Shown here piece by piece: positions 49,158-59,038 of a stretch of DNA of 64,000 bases (positions are counted from its first letter, which is position 1; each line of letters begins with the position of its first letter). The translations under genes were made by a program, and so were the position numbers. The notes beneath the pieces were generated by a model. That model searched no databases. It had not been told where the DNA came from and worked only from the letters and a program-made list of their open reading frames with translations. The DNA lies in contig JAHPZA010000009.1 of assembly GCA_019058445.1 (NCBI GenBank), forward strand, positions 480,001 through 544,000, read 5' to 3'. Origin of the DNA: Promethearchaeota archaeon (GTDB taxonomy: Archaea > Asgardarchaeota > Lokiarchaeia > Sigyniarchaeales > SOKP01).

Positions 49158-49293
49158 CTTCTAAATAGCATAATCTTTAATTTTCATACTTATTTTTGCC
49201 TAATTAGTAAATTTCATCATAATCAATTATATTACGTTAATTTTATAGATTTATTTTAGTAATTCTTTAACAATTGCCTATGGAAAAGAACTT

Positions 49294-49461
49294 ATGAGAG
49301 ATGATATCGAAAAGAGATTACATAGGGTTGCAATAACTTTAGATAAAGATAATCTCAAGTGTCCGTATTCAAAAAAATGTGATAAGGCAAAATACTGCAA
49401 AAGATGTAATGTTTTTTTTGAGAAATGTACCCTTTTCAAAGATCTAAATCTTTCATTATGA
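49294..49461 (+). CDS. Small Cys-rich protein (55 aa), absent from the ORF track
   Basis: MRDDIEKRLHRVAITLDKDNLKCPYSKKCDKAKYCKRCNVFFEKCTLFKDLNLSL*. Confidence 0.55.
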   Translation: MRDDIEKRLHRVAITLDKDNLKCPYSKKCDKAKYCKRCNVFFEKCTLFKDLNLSL

Positions 49462-49562
49462 TTTGCCTAATAAAAGAAAAAAAGGAAAATTGATTTAATT
49501 TTAAAAAATTCTAAATTTTGTTATTTTAAAGCTTGTTCTTTCTAATTATAAGTTGAATTATT

Positions 49563-50099
49563 TTACCATGCTACTTCATATTTACATTGTCTAGCGCCTT
49601 CCATTCTACATTCACCGGGAATGTGTTTAACTCTTGGAATTTGACCATCAGCTCTGAGCTTATACATAAATCCTTCAATAATCCCAATATCGTATGAACA
49701 TGGATAGGGGCTACTACAAGTCATAATTCCTTTGTTTTTACCAGTTTTTTCATATGCATAATGCCCAATCTCTCCATTTTGATAATTCATATGGTAAGCC
49801 TGGTCCATCATTGCTAGGGCTTTTTCAATGGTATCAAGTTGAGGTGGAAGAACGGCTGTTTCCGGGATTTTCATTCCAATGACTTTTAGTGTCGCATTTC
49901 CTAATTTCTCTGCGATAACCTTGAATGCGTTTAAATAGTTCTGAAGTTTAAACCATTTTCGAGGTTGAGGTTCTTTAATGCCATTTTCTTCGAGAATTTG
50001 GTAAGCTGTCTTTTTAAAAGCGCCCATTCCTTCCACAACTGCCAGAATAGATTCTCCATTGACATCTACATTTGGAGAATATGATTTATAAACTGCCAC
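49563..50099 (-). CDS. V4R/H-NOX-like small-ligand-binding protein
   Basis: 'AYHMN', 'PYPCSYD.GII', 'CRMEG...C.YEV.W'; GGTGA RBS before the GTG. Confidence 0.65.
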   Translation of the reverse strand: MAVYKSYSPNVDVNGESILAVVEGMGAFKKTAYQILEENGIKEPQPRKWFKLQNYLNAFKVIAEKLGNATLKVIGMKIPETAVLPPQLDTIEKALAMMDQAYHMNYQNGEIGHYAYEKTGKNKGIMTCSSPYPCSYDIGIIEGFMYKLRADGQIPRVKHIPGECRMEGARQCKYEVAW

Positions 50100-50299
50100 T
50101 TAAAGTTTCACCTTTTTGTATATTTATATTTGATTTACTTAGGAACTATAAATCTAAAATATAAACCTAGCTTTTGAATAATTATTCTTAACAGTGCTAC
50201 GAAATAGATTTAAAAAATGAATTATTAAAAAAATCTAAAAGCACTCGTATAACTTAGAACCACTTTTTAAATGAAAGTGTATATAAGCTAAATTATTGT

Positions 50300-51112
50300 G
50301 TGATTTTTATGAAGTTAGGATTAGAAAATAAGGTTGCATTAGTTTTGGCCTCGAGCAAAGGATTAGGGTTTGCTTGCGCTAAAGGATTATATGAAGAAGG
50401 TGCGAATATTGTAATAAGCAGCCGTTCTGAGGAAAATTTGAGGGTTGCGAAGCAAAAGATTGAAAATCTTAAATCCATAAGTGAAAATAATAAATTATTC
50501 ACGGTTGCTGTAGATTTATTGTATGAAGACCAAATTAAAACATTAGTCGAAAAAACTTTTAACGAATTTGGACGCATTGATATCTTAGTGCATAATGCTG
50601 GAGGACCTCCATCAGCACCTATTAATAAAATTACTCAAGAGGAGTGGTCAGATTCAATTGAGTTAAACCTTCGCTCTTTCATTAGAATTTCAGATTTAAT
50701 TGTACCAATTATGCAAAAACAGAAATATGGAAAAATCATCGCAATTACCTCTATTTCGGTAAAACAACCATTGGAAAATTTAGTGCTCTCAAATACTACT
50801 CGTCTTGGAGTCGTGGGCTACGCGAAAACCCTCGCAAATGAATTTGCAAAAGACAATATATTAGTTAATGTGGTTTGCCCCGGTCCTAACCTTACGGATA
50901 GAATGAAAGAAATAATAAGCAAAATGGCTCAAGATATGGGAAAATCTGAGAAAGAGGTCGAAAAAAATTGGACACATCAAATACCATTAGGTAGAATGGG
51001 CAAACCAGATGATTTAGCGAATTTAGTTGTCTTTCTGGCTTCTGAACGAGCAAGCTATATTACTGGGACAGTAATACAAGTAGATGGGGGATTTGTAAAA
51101 AGTCCATTTTAA
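50300..51112 (+). CDS. Short-chain dehydrogenase/reductase (FabG-like, atypical)
   Basis: 'ASSKGLG', 'NAGGP', 'SNTTR', 'PLGRMG', 'YITG..IQVDGG'. Confidence 0.92.
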   Translation: MIFMKLGLENKVALVLASSKGLGFACAKGLYEEGANIVISSRSEENLRVAKQKIENLKSISENNKLFTVAVDLLYEDQIKTLVEKTFNEFGRIDILVHNAGGPPSAPINKITQEEWSDSIELNLRSFIRISDLIVPIMQKQKYGKIIAITSISVKQPLENLVLSNTTRLGVVGYAKTLANEFAKDNILVNVVCPGPNLTDRMKEIISKMAQDMGKSEKEVEKNWTHQIPLGRMGKPDDLANLVVFLASERASYITGTVIQVDGGFVKSPF

Positions 51113-51301
51113 CAAGAAATCTAATTTTCTAAAAGACCATAAATATATATTTCAAAATTGTTTTGTCAGTAATGTAAATTCAGAAAATATTTTGAGATAA
51201 TCAAAATTAGTGGAACCATCGATATTTCCTCTGAATTAATAAAAATTTATATAGATATTTAATGTAGTTAATATCAATAGAACTCTTATAGGATAAAAAA
51301 A

Positions 51302-52984
51302 ATGAAATTTCTGAATAAAAGAAATAAAACTTGTGGATTTATAGCTATATGTTTTGTTTTGATGCTATCCTACCAGATTGTATCAGTTACATCTCCAAAT
51401 GATTCCAAAACTATAAATACTCAGGAGAATCCCAAGATTTCTGCTCAAATAAGTGATACGGAATACGATTGGCTTAATAATTCTGGCTTTGACACTTCGG
51501 AATACTGGTATAGTCAAAATAATACTGATACTTTAAATCCAGATGTTAATGCTTCTATTAGTAATGGTTTTGCAGATTTCGAGATATTAGGAAATGTAGA
51601 CACTAAAATAATTGATGATCCCCTTAATGATGGTACTTGGCATGCATTTACTTATAGCAATTTTCGACTACCAGAGGATTATGGTATTGATTCAAGAGGT
51701 TGTTGGGTTACACACGAATGGGATGAAGATGAAGATCAGACTCATAATTATCCTATTATCCATTGGAAAAAAAACGTTAGCATGGGATTTGATATGTCAG
51801 ATTATAATATTACTTCTGCATCTCTTGAGGTAATGTTTAATGCATCTGTTGGTACTAATGTAGATACTGAGAATGATGATGATTCAGGGGGCAGTGGGAA
51901 TTGGCAATATTCTATTGGTGATTTTGTAGAATTTTATGTAGAACTTTCAGATATATATGGTACTAATCCATATAGAGTGCGATATAATAAAACTTATAAT
52001 CTAGGGCAAGATGGTATTTCACCACAAATAACTACTATCGAAGAAAAGCCAATTGAACCACAAGGTGATGAGGATGACTTAATTAGTGCCTTGAATTCAG
52101 CTTTTGAGGGCAGTCCTGGTCATTCTAACTTTAATATCACTTTAGGAATAACTATTTATTGTGAAGATAATGATCCGAATATAGATGTGGACACATATGA
52201 TCCATTAATCATTAGATCATGTAATTTATCATTTACTTACGAGAAATTAATTGATGAATTCAATTCTATATCTTGGAATCAAGATGCCAATAAACTTAGT
52301 GATCTTAGCCCTGGAAATGATACTAGTGTTGTAGCAACGGAAGCAAATCTTAAATTTAAATATACTATTGATAAAAATTGGACAACAAATACAGGTTCTC
52401 AGAATTCTGAAATCAATATATATTTAAATAGAAATCCTTACCCAATACCAATAAAATTAATTCATGTTAATGTGTCTGATTTTGAACAAGAAGCGGATTT
52501 AAATCTTATTCCTCCAGTGGATAGTGTAAATCTTTCAATTGAAATTTTAATTAAAGATGATTTTGGGCTTGATGATATTATTACAATATCAATTGATAAT
52601 GTTACCCTTGACATTTCTTATATAATCTATTTTGACATTCCTCACTCAGGAGGAGATGGTGGCGGAGGTGGAACTAAAATTATACGTGGTGAAGATTATA
52701 CACCGATTGTTATCGGATTAGTTGCAGGGATTATTGGTCTTATCGCGGTATTCGGAGCATATCAGGCACACTTTAAACATCCGTTAATGGTAAGAAAAAT
52801 TAGAAAACTCAAGAAAAAAATCAAGAAGGGAAAAACTCTGAAATCGTTAGCAGTAAATCCGAGAGAAGAAATTATTCGAGATAATTTTAAAGCAAAAACA
52901 CGGCAAGCATTAGATGAAGAATTTTTGCAGCCTGAAGTTTTAGGAAAAATGAATAAAATAAAAGAACAAGGAGGAGGGAAATAA
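51302..52984 (+). CDS. Secreted, C-terminally membrane-anchored surface (glyco)protein
   Basis: Signal peptide, acidic beta-rich body with many N-x-S/T sequons, Gly linker, TM helix and basic tail. Confidence 0.75.
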   Translation: MKFLNKRNKTCGFIAICFVLMLSYQIVSVTSPNDSKTINTQENPKISAQISDTEYDWLNNSGFDTSEYWYSQNNTDTLNPDVNASISNGFADFEILGNVDTKIIDDPLNDGTWHAFTYSNFRLPEDYGIDSRGCWVTHEWDEDEDQTHNYPIIHWKKNVSMGFDMSDYNITSASLEVMFNASVGTNVDTENDDDSGGSGNWQYSIGDFVEFYVELSDIYGTNPYRVRYNKTYNLGQDGISPQITTIEEKPIEPQGDEDDLISALNSAFEGSPGHSNFNITLGITIYCEDNDPNIDVDTYDPLIIRSCNLSFTYEKLIDEFNSISWNQDANKLSDLSPGNDTSVVATEANLKFKYTIDKNWTTNTGSQNSEINIYLNRNPYPIPIKLIHVNVSDFEQEADLNLIPPVDSVNLSIEILIKDDFGLDDIITISIDNVTLDISYIIYFDIPHSGGDGGGGGTKIIRGEDYTPIVIGLVAGIIGLIAVFGAYQAHFKHPLMVRKIRKLKKKIKKGKTLKSLAVNPREEIIRDNFKAKTRQALDEEFLQPEVLGKMNKIKEQGGGK

Positions 52985-54103
52985 ATGCCTCAAGGGATCG
53001 TAATAACCAAATGGACACATGATAAGGGGATGATTGTTGATACGAAATACCCTGAAACTATTGAAGTTGATTTGGATGATATGATGCGGGTATTCTATGC
53101 GCATGTTGTAGGTGCTGGAGCAGGGGGAGATGTGTTAGTGAGGCTTGAAAAGGCGCGATCTAATGTGTCAAGTCATTTTACCGGAATGGATGCTAAAGTA
53201 CCTTACTTAGTTAATTTGATGCTAGAGATAGGAGAAGATCCCGATATGTACGGTGAAGCGGTTATTAAAGAAATTAATGAAAATATTATAAAATATCTTG
53301 ATCAAATGACGGGAACAGATGTTAATAAAGACTATAGCACTAAGAAGACCTTAAAAGAATACCTAAAAAATGCCTTATTTCTTTTGGATCGTTTAAAAAA
53401 TATGACAAGAGAGCAGCGGTTAGCTCAAATTTATAGTAGCAAAAAATCGCGGTCAATTTTAGAGATATTACATCAACAAGCGTATTCTAGAAGAGAGTTG
53501 CAAAACATCTTAGAAGAAAAATTAGGAGCATTTGTATCCAATATTGAATATACACTGGATCCATTCATTAAAACTAATCTCGTGAAACAGGATTGGATTG
53601 AGGGATTTTCGGATATCTTCTTATTTCTAATTTCAGATTTTACTCTTTTTAGAAAACCGGCAGATAATACACTTAAGAATGCGAGAAAAAATGTACCAAG
53701 TCCAGATTTAGCTAAAACATATCGTGAAGAAGTGGGTAAATTCTTCTCAACTTATCAACCAACAATTATAGATAGTGTAAATATTGCGCTTAATTTGCTA
53801 AATCCCGATAAATACGATTTCATCGTACTATTACGAGAACGAGCATATCCTTTGAATAAATTGCCAAAAAGTCCTGCTGATAGTTTCTTAGATACTAGAG
53901 CACTTTTAGAATCATTAGCAAAGGATCAAATTATAAAGATTATAAAAGATAAAAGAGATATTGAGTGGGTTTTTTTATTCACTGATGTTTCAGCTGAAAC
54001 CTTTTATCCGGAATACATGCTTGAGAATATTCGAGCAGCGCCCTTAAAAAAAGAGATAGCAATTAAGCATTTAGAATTACTTGAAGTAGCATACCAGAAA
54101 TAA
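52985..54103 (+). CDS. Longin/uDENN-like N-terminal domain plus winged-helix-like region
   Basis: N-terminus resembles 47267-48475; central 'RSILEIL....SRRELQNIL......IEYTLDPF....LV' is wHTH-like. Confidence 0.5.
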   Translation: MPQGIVITKWTHDKGMIVDTKYPETIEVDLDDMMRVFYAHVVGAGAGGDVLVRLEKARSNVSSHFTGMDAKVPYLVNLMLEIGEDPDMYGEAVIKEINENIIKYLDQMTGTDVNKDYSTKKTLKEYLKNALFLLDRLKNMTREQRLAQIYSSKKSRSILEILHQQAYSRRELQNILEEKLGAFVSNIEYTLDPFIKTNLVKQDWIEGFSDIFLFLISDFTLFRKPADNTLKNARKNVPSPDLAKTYREEVGKFFSTYQPTIIDSVNIALNLLNPDKYDFIVLLRERAYPLNKLPKSPADSFLDTRALLESLAKDQIIKIIKDKRDIEWVFLFTDVSAETFYPEYMLENIRAAPLKKEIAIKHLELLEVAYQK

Positions 54104-54161
54104 GAATTAATACATTTTTTTATAATTCTACTTTTTAACCTTTTTTGTTCTAACTAGTTTA

Positions 54162-55226
54162 TTAAAATAATACAGGATTGGTAATTCCAAGATATTTATC
54201 AATTACTTCTAAAATATCTTCTTTTGTTCCCATATAAGCAAATAATTGATGTGTTGCTTTTCCATGAGACAACGTCCCTTGAGTTTCAAATTGATTTAGT
54301 TGGAGCTCTATTTCTCCAAAATTTAAAAATAATTTATCTGGAGTTTCTGAGTTGTAAGATTGAATCACACCAATTTCAGAGTCCGGATGATCTCGTGAAA
54401 CGTCAAAACAATTCTCTTGCGATTTTGGGACATCATCAGATAATTTAACTAATAATCCCCAATCTTCAGTTTCGGGAATATCCAACACATACCCTATTTT
54501 TGCTTGCATAGTATAATCAATGTCTTCAGGACGGATGGCTAATTTGTATATGTCATAGACATCAATTTTAAAGGCCACATAATCTTCTCCAATTATCAAT
54601 CGATCGTGAGGTATTGTTCGAAAATATGACAGTGGTTTAGGATTTGGATTTGTTGGTATTAACACCGTTCCAGGATTATAGGGACCTCCACTGATGATTT
54701 GAGTTAATGTCCAACCATTAACATTTAGATTTGTACTCTTTAACTTGCATTCTTCAATGTATTCAATTCCACAATAAGGAATACCAATAGAATATCGTTC
54801 TTTTATGAGAGAAATTTTTCTTATTATTTCCCCATCATACTGCTCTTTAGTTCTTTGATTTGTTAAAGAAATTTTACTAGACACTGAACAAAAAGCATTT
54901 GATTTGTTTTCTAAAATATAATCAGCTGGATCAAGACCCTCTGGACAAAACCATTCTTCCCAAGTTTCAGGTTTTTTGTAAAAAAAATATCTTTCAGGAC
55001 TTATCCAAAATCTATCTCCTCCAATGTTCCACTCATTTTTCTCAATCACATCTTTTATATTTGGCGCAGTCCATAATAAATTATAACAATCTCTTTTAGG
55101 AAACACCCCTAGAACTCGACCACCATATATTGAAATAATTATTGAAGCTTCACCAAACTCCATTTCAACGATATTCGTACTCTTCCCTATTTTATTTAAT
55201 AAATCACTTTTGGTATTATAACTCAT
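54162..55226 (-). CDS. Conserved hypothetical protein (DUF6786-like)
   Basis: 'YGGRVLG', 'NLLW', 'WNIGGDRFWISPE'. Start placed at MSYNTK. Confidence 0.55.
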   Translation of the reverse strand: MSYNTKSDLLNKIGKSTNIVEMEFGEASIIISIYGGRVLGVFPKRDCYNLLWTAPNIKDVIEKNEWNIGGDRFWISPERYFFYKKPETWEEWFCPEGLDPADYILENKSNAFCSVSSKISLTNQRTKEQYDGEIIRKISLIKERYSIGIPYCGIEYIEECKLKSTNLNVNGWTLTQIISGGPYNPGTVLIPTNPNPKPLSYFRTIPHDRLIIGEDYVAFKIDVYDIYKLAIRPEDIDYTMQAKIGYVLDIPETEDWGLLVKLSDDVPKSQENCFDVSRDHPDSEIGVIQSYNSETPDKLFLNFGEIELQLNQFETQGTLSHGKATHQLFAYMGTKEDILEVIDKYLGITNPVLF

Positions 55227-55420
55227 GGCTAATACTTTTCCTTTAGTTATTTTATTATAATATTCATTAGAAGTTTTGATTTTATTAAATTTAATAATTA
55301 ACTCTGAAAATTTCAAACTTATTATTTACCAAGAAAACTAATAATTTTTATATTTTATTGACATTTAAAATATAGATTAAGATTTTTACTCTATTATCAT
55401 AAGAACTAAATAAAAAAGAA

Positions 55421-55798
55421 GTGAAAAATCTGCCTAAAGTTGTACATTTTGAAATTAATGTTGATGATCCAAAAAGAGCAATTAAATTCTATGAAAAAAC
55501 ATTCGGATGGGAATTCACCAAATGGGAAGGCCCTATGAACTATTGGTTAATTAAAACAGGAGAAGATTCCGAACAAGGGATAAATGGAGGTTTAATGAAA
55601 AGACAGGAACCTGAAGCTTCAGTCCAAAATGCTATTGATGTATCGTCTGTTGATGAATATATTAATAAAATTGAAGCATATGGTGGAAAGATTTATGCTC
55701 CTAAAATGCCTATCCCTGGAGTAGGTTGGGTTGCTGGATTTATGGATACAGAGGGAAATAAATTTACGATCATTCAAAGCGATGAGACTGTAAAATAA
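55421..55798 (+). CDS. VOC/glyoxalase family protein
   Basis: 'VVHFEI..DD..RA..FY...FGW', 'GINGG', 'DTEGN'. Confidence 0.92.
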   Translation: MKNLPKVVHFEINVDDPKRAIKFYEKTFGWEFTKWEGPMNYWLIKTGEDSEQGINGGLMKRQEPEASVQNAIDVSSVDEYINKIEAYGGKIYAPKMPIPGVGWVAGFMDTEGNKFTIIQSDETVK

Positions 55799-55833
55799 TG
55801 ACTAAAGATTCACGAAAAAATAAAAAGAAAAAT

Positions 55834-56544
55834 TTAGGTTGGTTTTAAACCTAAATAAAATAACGCTGCGCTTCCGATCATAGCAGACCTTATGACAATT
55901 AAAATTATCCCCGGAGAAAATAAACCATCTAAAATACCACCTGTCGTGTATACAAACGCTCCAATTGATAAGAACAAAAATTTTTTTCTTATTGCTCCCT
56001 TAGTCTGGATTGCTCTAATTAGAAAGCCAAATCCGAGAAAGATAATTATGGAAAGTAAAAATATCAATGCTAAAAAGTAAACTACGGAATCTTCAACCAA
56101 GTTATCATTTATTAAATCAGTGCCTGGTATAGTTGGATTCGCATAAGTCACTGAACCTGTTGGATCTAAGAAGAGGAACAGGTCAAAAATGATACCTAAA
56201 ATGATATATACCCCAACTATATACCATTTCTTCTGTGGAGTTAAAATTTCAGCAGCAATATACATGGCAAATATAACTACGCCTGGAAACCACATCCAAT
56301 TAACAATCCCGATAAAACCACTGCTATTATCTACATTTCTTCCTGTTAAGAGAATATGGGCAAAGTCAAGAAAATCTCCAAAATAGATAAGCCCAGCAAA
56401 GAAATAGGTTAAACCTAGATATAAAAGCAGATCCGCATCTATTTTTTTTCCACGATAGATAAAAAAAAGTCCTATTAAACATGTTAAAACAAAAACTCCC
56501 GTCGCTGTAATCCCATTTAACCATCCTACATACGATAGAGCTAT
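55834..56544 (-). CDS. Multi-pass membrane protein, probable ATA start
   Basis: Frame is open for 83 codons upstream of the called ATG (further hydrophobic segments), up to AGGTGA-GATGAT-ATA; the TGA of the RBS is an in-frame stop. Confidence 0.7.
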   Translation of the reverse strand: MALSYVGWLNGITATGVFVLTCLIGLFFIYRGKKIDADLLLYLGLTYFFAGLIYFGDFLDFAHILLTGRNVDNSSGFIGIVNWMWFPGVVIFAMYIAAEILTPQKKWYIVGVYIILGIIFDLFLFLDPTGSVTYANPTIPGTDLINDNLVEDSVVYFLALIFLLSIIIFLGFGFLIRAIQTKGAIRKKFLFLSIGAFVYTTGGILDGLFSPGIILIVIRSAMIGSAALFYLGLKPT

Positions 56545-56748
56545 ATCATCTCACCTTTTTAAGTTAATTCCATAAATTTTTACAATTATATGTAAGGTTA
56601 CCTTTTTATAAATTTAAATCTTTTTCACATGAGCAATTAATTAGTCTATTTGAAAAAAAATTGTTTGAGAAATTATAAATTCTTAGCAGATTATTTCTAT
56701 GTAATTTTTTTAAGAGTTCTAGAAAACAGATAAAATCTCATACCATTA

Positions 56749-57546
56749 TTAATTCTTTTCACTTATTATATTTTTATTGTGTAATTTCTTAATAGTCAAG
56801 GATAATGTCTCATCGAATTCTTCACCCTCAACCACACATTTAAAAGAAAGATCCTCAGAATGAAATAATTCTGTAAAATATCCAAACCAATAATTGCTAT
56901 AACGTTTATTTTGATGGTGTTTGAATATCATATGGTATTGATCCTCACTTTCTTTTTTCACATCAATAAAATAGAAATAATTAGCAACAATCCAAAATTT
57001 TTGGATCGCATTAACTATCTCCTCTAATGATAGATTTCGTATCGGTTTTCCTGTACACCATAAGATTACATCGAGAGCAATATTACGCTTCTGGGGTTTG
57101 GCCAAACTTTCTTTAGGAGTTTCTGCTGCTGTAAGAAGTTGGTTAAATGTAGTTTTCCCAATAAGCATCATTTTCATTTCACCTCGGGCTCTACACCATA
57201 AGTCCAATTCTTCTGATTTAAGATGATTTCTTTCGGAATATAAAATATTTATGGTTTCTTCCATATTTCTTATCATCGATCTGGATTCGGTTTTATAATT
57301 CTCAAGAATTGCTTGCACATCCGGAGATATTGAATATAGATCGTTATAGATTTGAATTGCTTCCTCAATTATGCTTGAGATAGTTTTACCCTCATCCTTA
57401 TAAACATCAATGATTTCTCTCGTTTCATCAGAGACTTTTACATATATACTTTTTTCCTTACTTTCTCTTTCTCTAATCTCGGTAGTATCAGATTCCTGAT
57501 CTCCTTCAGCAACTTTTTCTTCTTTTCTTGACATAAAAATCAGCAT
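56749..57546 (-). CDS. Putative ribbon-helix-helix transcriptional regulator with a C-terminal ligand-binding-like domain
   Basis: 'KSIYVKVSDETREIID......TISSIIEEAI' RHH pattern; divergent from the NfeD/SPFH operon. Confidence 0.55.
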   Translation of the reverse strand: MLIFMSRKEEKVAEGDQESDTTEIRERESKEKSIYVKVSDETREIIDVYKDEGKTISSIIEEAIQIYNDLYSISPDVQAILENYKTESRSMIRNMEETINILYSERNHLKSEELDLWCRARGEMKMMLIGKTTFNQLLTAAETPKESLAKPQKRNIALDVILWCTGKPIRNLSLEEIVNAIQKFWIVANYFYFIDVKKESEDQYHMIFKHHQNKRYSNYWFGYFTELFHSEDLSFKCVVEGEEFDETLSLTIKKLHNKNIISEKN

Positions 57547-57874
57547 TATGGTCTAAAATATCCCTTCTTAAAAGATTATTGATAAATAAATTTTATATAA
57601 TCTTATATAATTGCATTATGATATCTTCATTTTAATATTAAATTGAATTTTTTTGATTTTTTCTTCTATATTATATAAGAATATATACATATATATAAAT
57701 ATATATTCTGCTAAAAAGCGTTAATCTGGATTAAATTGATTCCGTCTAACTAATCGCAACCTTTAAATATATAATTATATATAATTTTAATAAGGTTAAA
57801 TATAAAAAGATATATGGATATATTAAATATCCTTAAAAAATATAAAAAAAAATAACAAATAAAAAGCCAAAAAA

Positions 57875-58723
57875 ATGAGAGTTTATGGTTTTTATTACTG
57901 GTCGTTCACAATCAGCACCAGCATAGTGATGACAATTCTCTCATTTTTTTATGAAGAAGCCATTTTTAATGTATTTTTTAATATTTGTTTAGGTTTATTC
58001 ATTGGCGGTATATTGATGGCCGTGGCTTCTATAATTCTAGCAGAAATGTCTGCTGAAAGTCAAGATACTAGTCAGATTGGCCATATAGATCATATAGATC
58101 ATTTCGACCATATAGACCACGTAGATCATTTCGACCATATAGACCACATAGATCATATAGATCATTTCGACCACGTAGATAATGTAGATCATCTTGACCA
58201 TGTAGATCATCTTGACCATGTGGATAATATAGATCACGTAGATCAAATGGAAGATAGTGATCACACTATTGATTCAAATGACTTAAGTGATACAACTCCT
58301 GCTCCTTTTATGTTATTATTCTCGACATTTTTATTAGTTTTTGGAATTTCGGGTATAATTTTATATTCTCTTACTTTCAGTTGGTTGAGATTTTTGATTT
58401 TTTTTATAACACCTCTCATAGCTTACTTTATTACACATTATCTCTCTGAAGGTTGGAAAAAAATTGCTAAATCAAGATACTACACTATTTCTTCAACCCA
58501 AAACCTTATAGGAATGCAGGGCGAAGTCATTTTAATGGTAGATTACAGGGGGGGGATTATTAAAATCCCCTCCACTACACCTTTGAAGTTTGAAAGAATG
58601 CATGTAAAACCAATAAAACCTGATTCTCAATTTGAAAAAGGAGAAATGGTTTATATTTGCGATGTAAAAAATGGCTTTTTATTGGTTGATAATAATAAAA
58701 GTTTAATTAAAAGGAGGGGATAA
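57875..58723 (+). CDS. NfeD-like/YqiJ-like membrane protein with a His-Asp repeat loop and C-terminal OB fold
   Basis: TM segments, 'LIGMQGEV', 'KGE.V.I..V....L.V'; next to an SPFH gene. Confidence 0.75.
   Translation: MRVYGFYYWSFTISTSIVMTILSFFYEEAIFNVFFNICLGLFIGGILMAVASIILAEMSAESQDTSQIGHIDHIDHFDHIDHVDHFDHIDHIDHIDHFDHVDNVDHLDHVDHLDHVDNIDHVDQMEDSDHTIDSNDLSDTTPAPFMLLFSTFLLVFGISGIILYSLTFSWLRFLIFFITPLIAYFITHYLSEGWKKIAKSRYYTISSTQNLIGMQGEVILMVDYRGGIIKIPSTTPLKFERMHVKPIKPDSQFEKGEMVYICDVKNGFLLVDNNKSLIKRRG
58082..58243 (+). repeat. 18 x 9-bp coding tandem repeat, (H/N-[IFVL]-D)18
   Basis: CATATAGAT/CACGTAGAT/CATTTCGAC-type units in frame. Confidence 0.92.
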
Positions 58724-58730
58724 TGAAAGG

Positions 58731-58946
58731 ATGAGTGTAAGTGAAGTTGTATTAGAAAGAGAGGAAAAGAATAATAATGAGTCAAAGGATAATAATGATT
58801 ACGTAAAATTTAAAGAAAAAAATATTAAAACGGCGAAAATAGAAAAAAAAGTCATAGATGACTCTAAACTGATTGGTTTTATCCTCATTTATCTTCTAAT
58901 GATACTCACCATTATGACCTTTGCTTTACTGAGTTTATATTTCTAA
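58731..58946 (+). CDS. Small tail-anchored membrane protein
   Basis: 71 aa with a C-terminal hydrophobic helix; in the operon between the NfeD-like and SPFH genes. Confidence 0.65.
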   Translation: MSVSEVVLEREEKNNNESKDNNDYVKFKEKNIKTAKIEKKVIDDSKLIGFILIYLLMILTIMTFALLSLYF

Positions 58947-59038
58947 TAAATTCAAATTAAATTTTTTTTCAGATAAAAAAAAAAAAAAATAAAAATAAAA
59001 ATAAAAAAAACCAAATAAGGAGGTTATGAAAAAAGAAA

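Noticed and set aside
58082-58243. Repeat array as a possible CRISPR
   Set aside because: In-frame 9-bp coding units with no spacers, and no cas genes.
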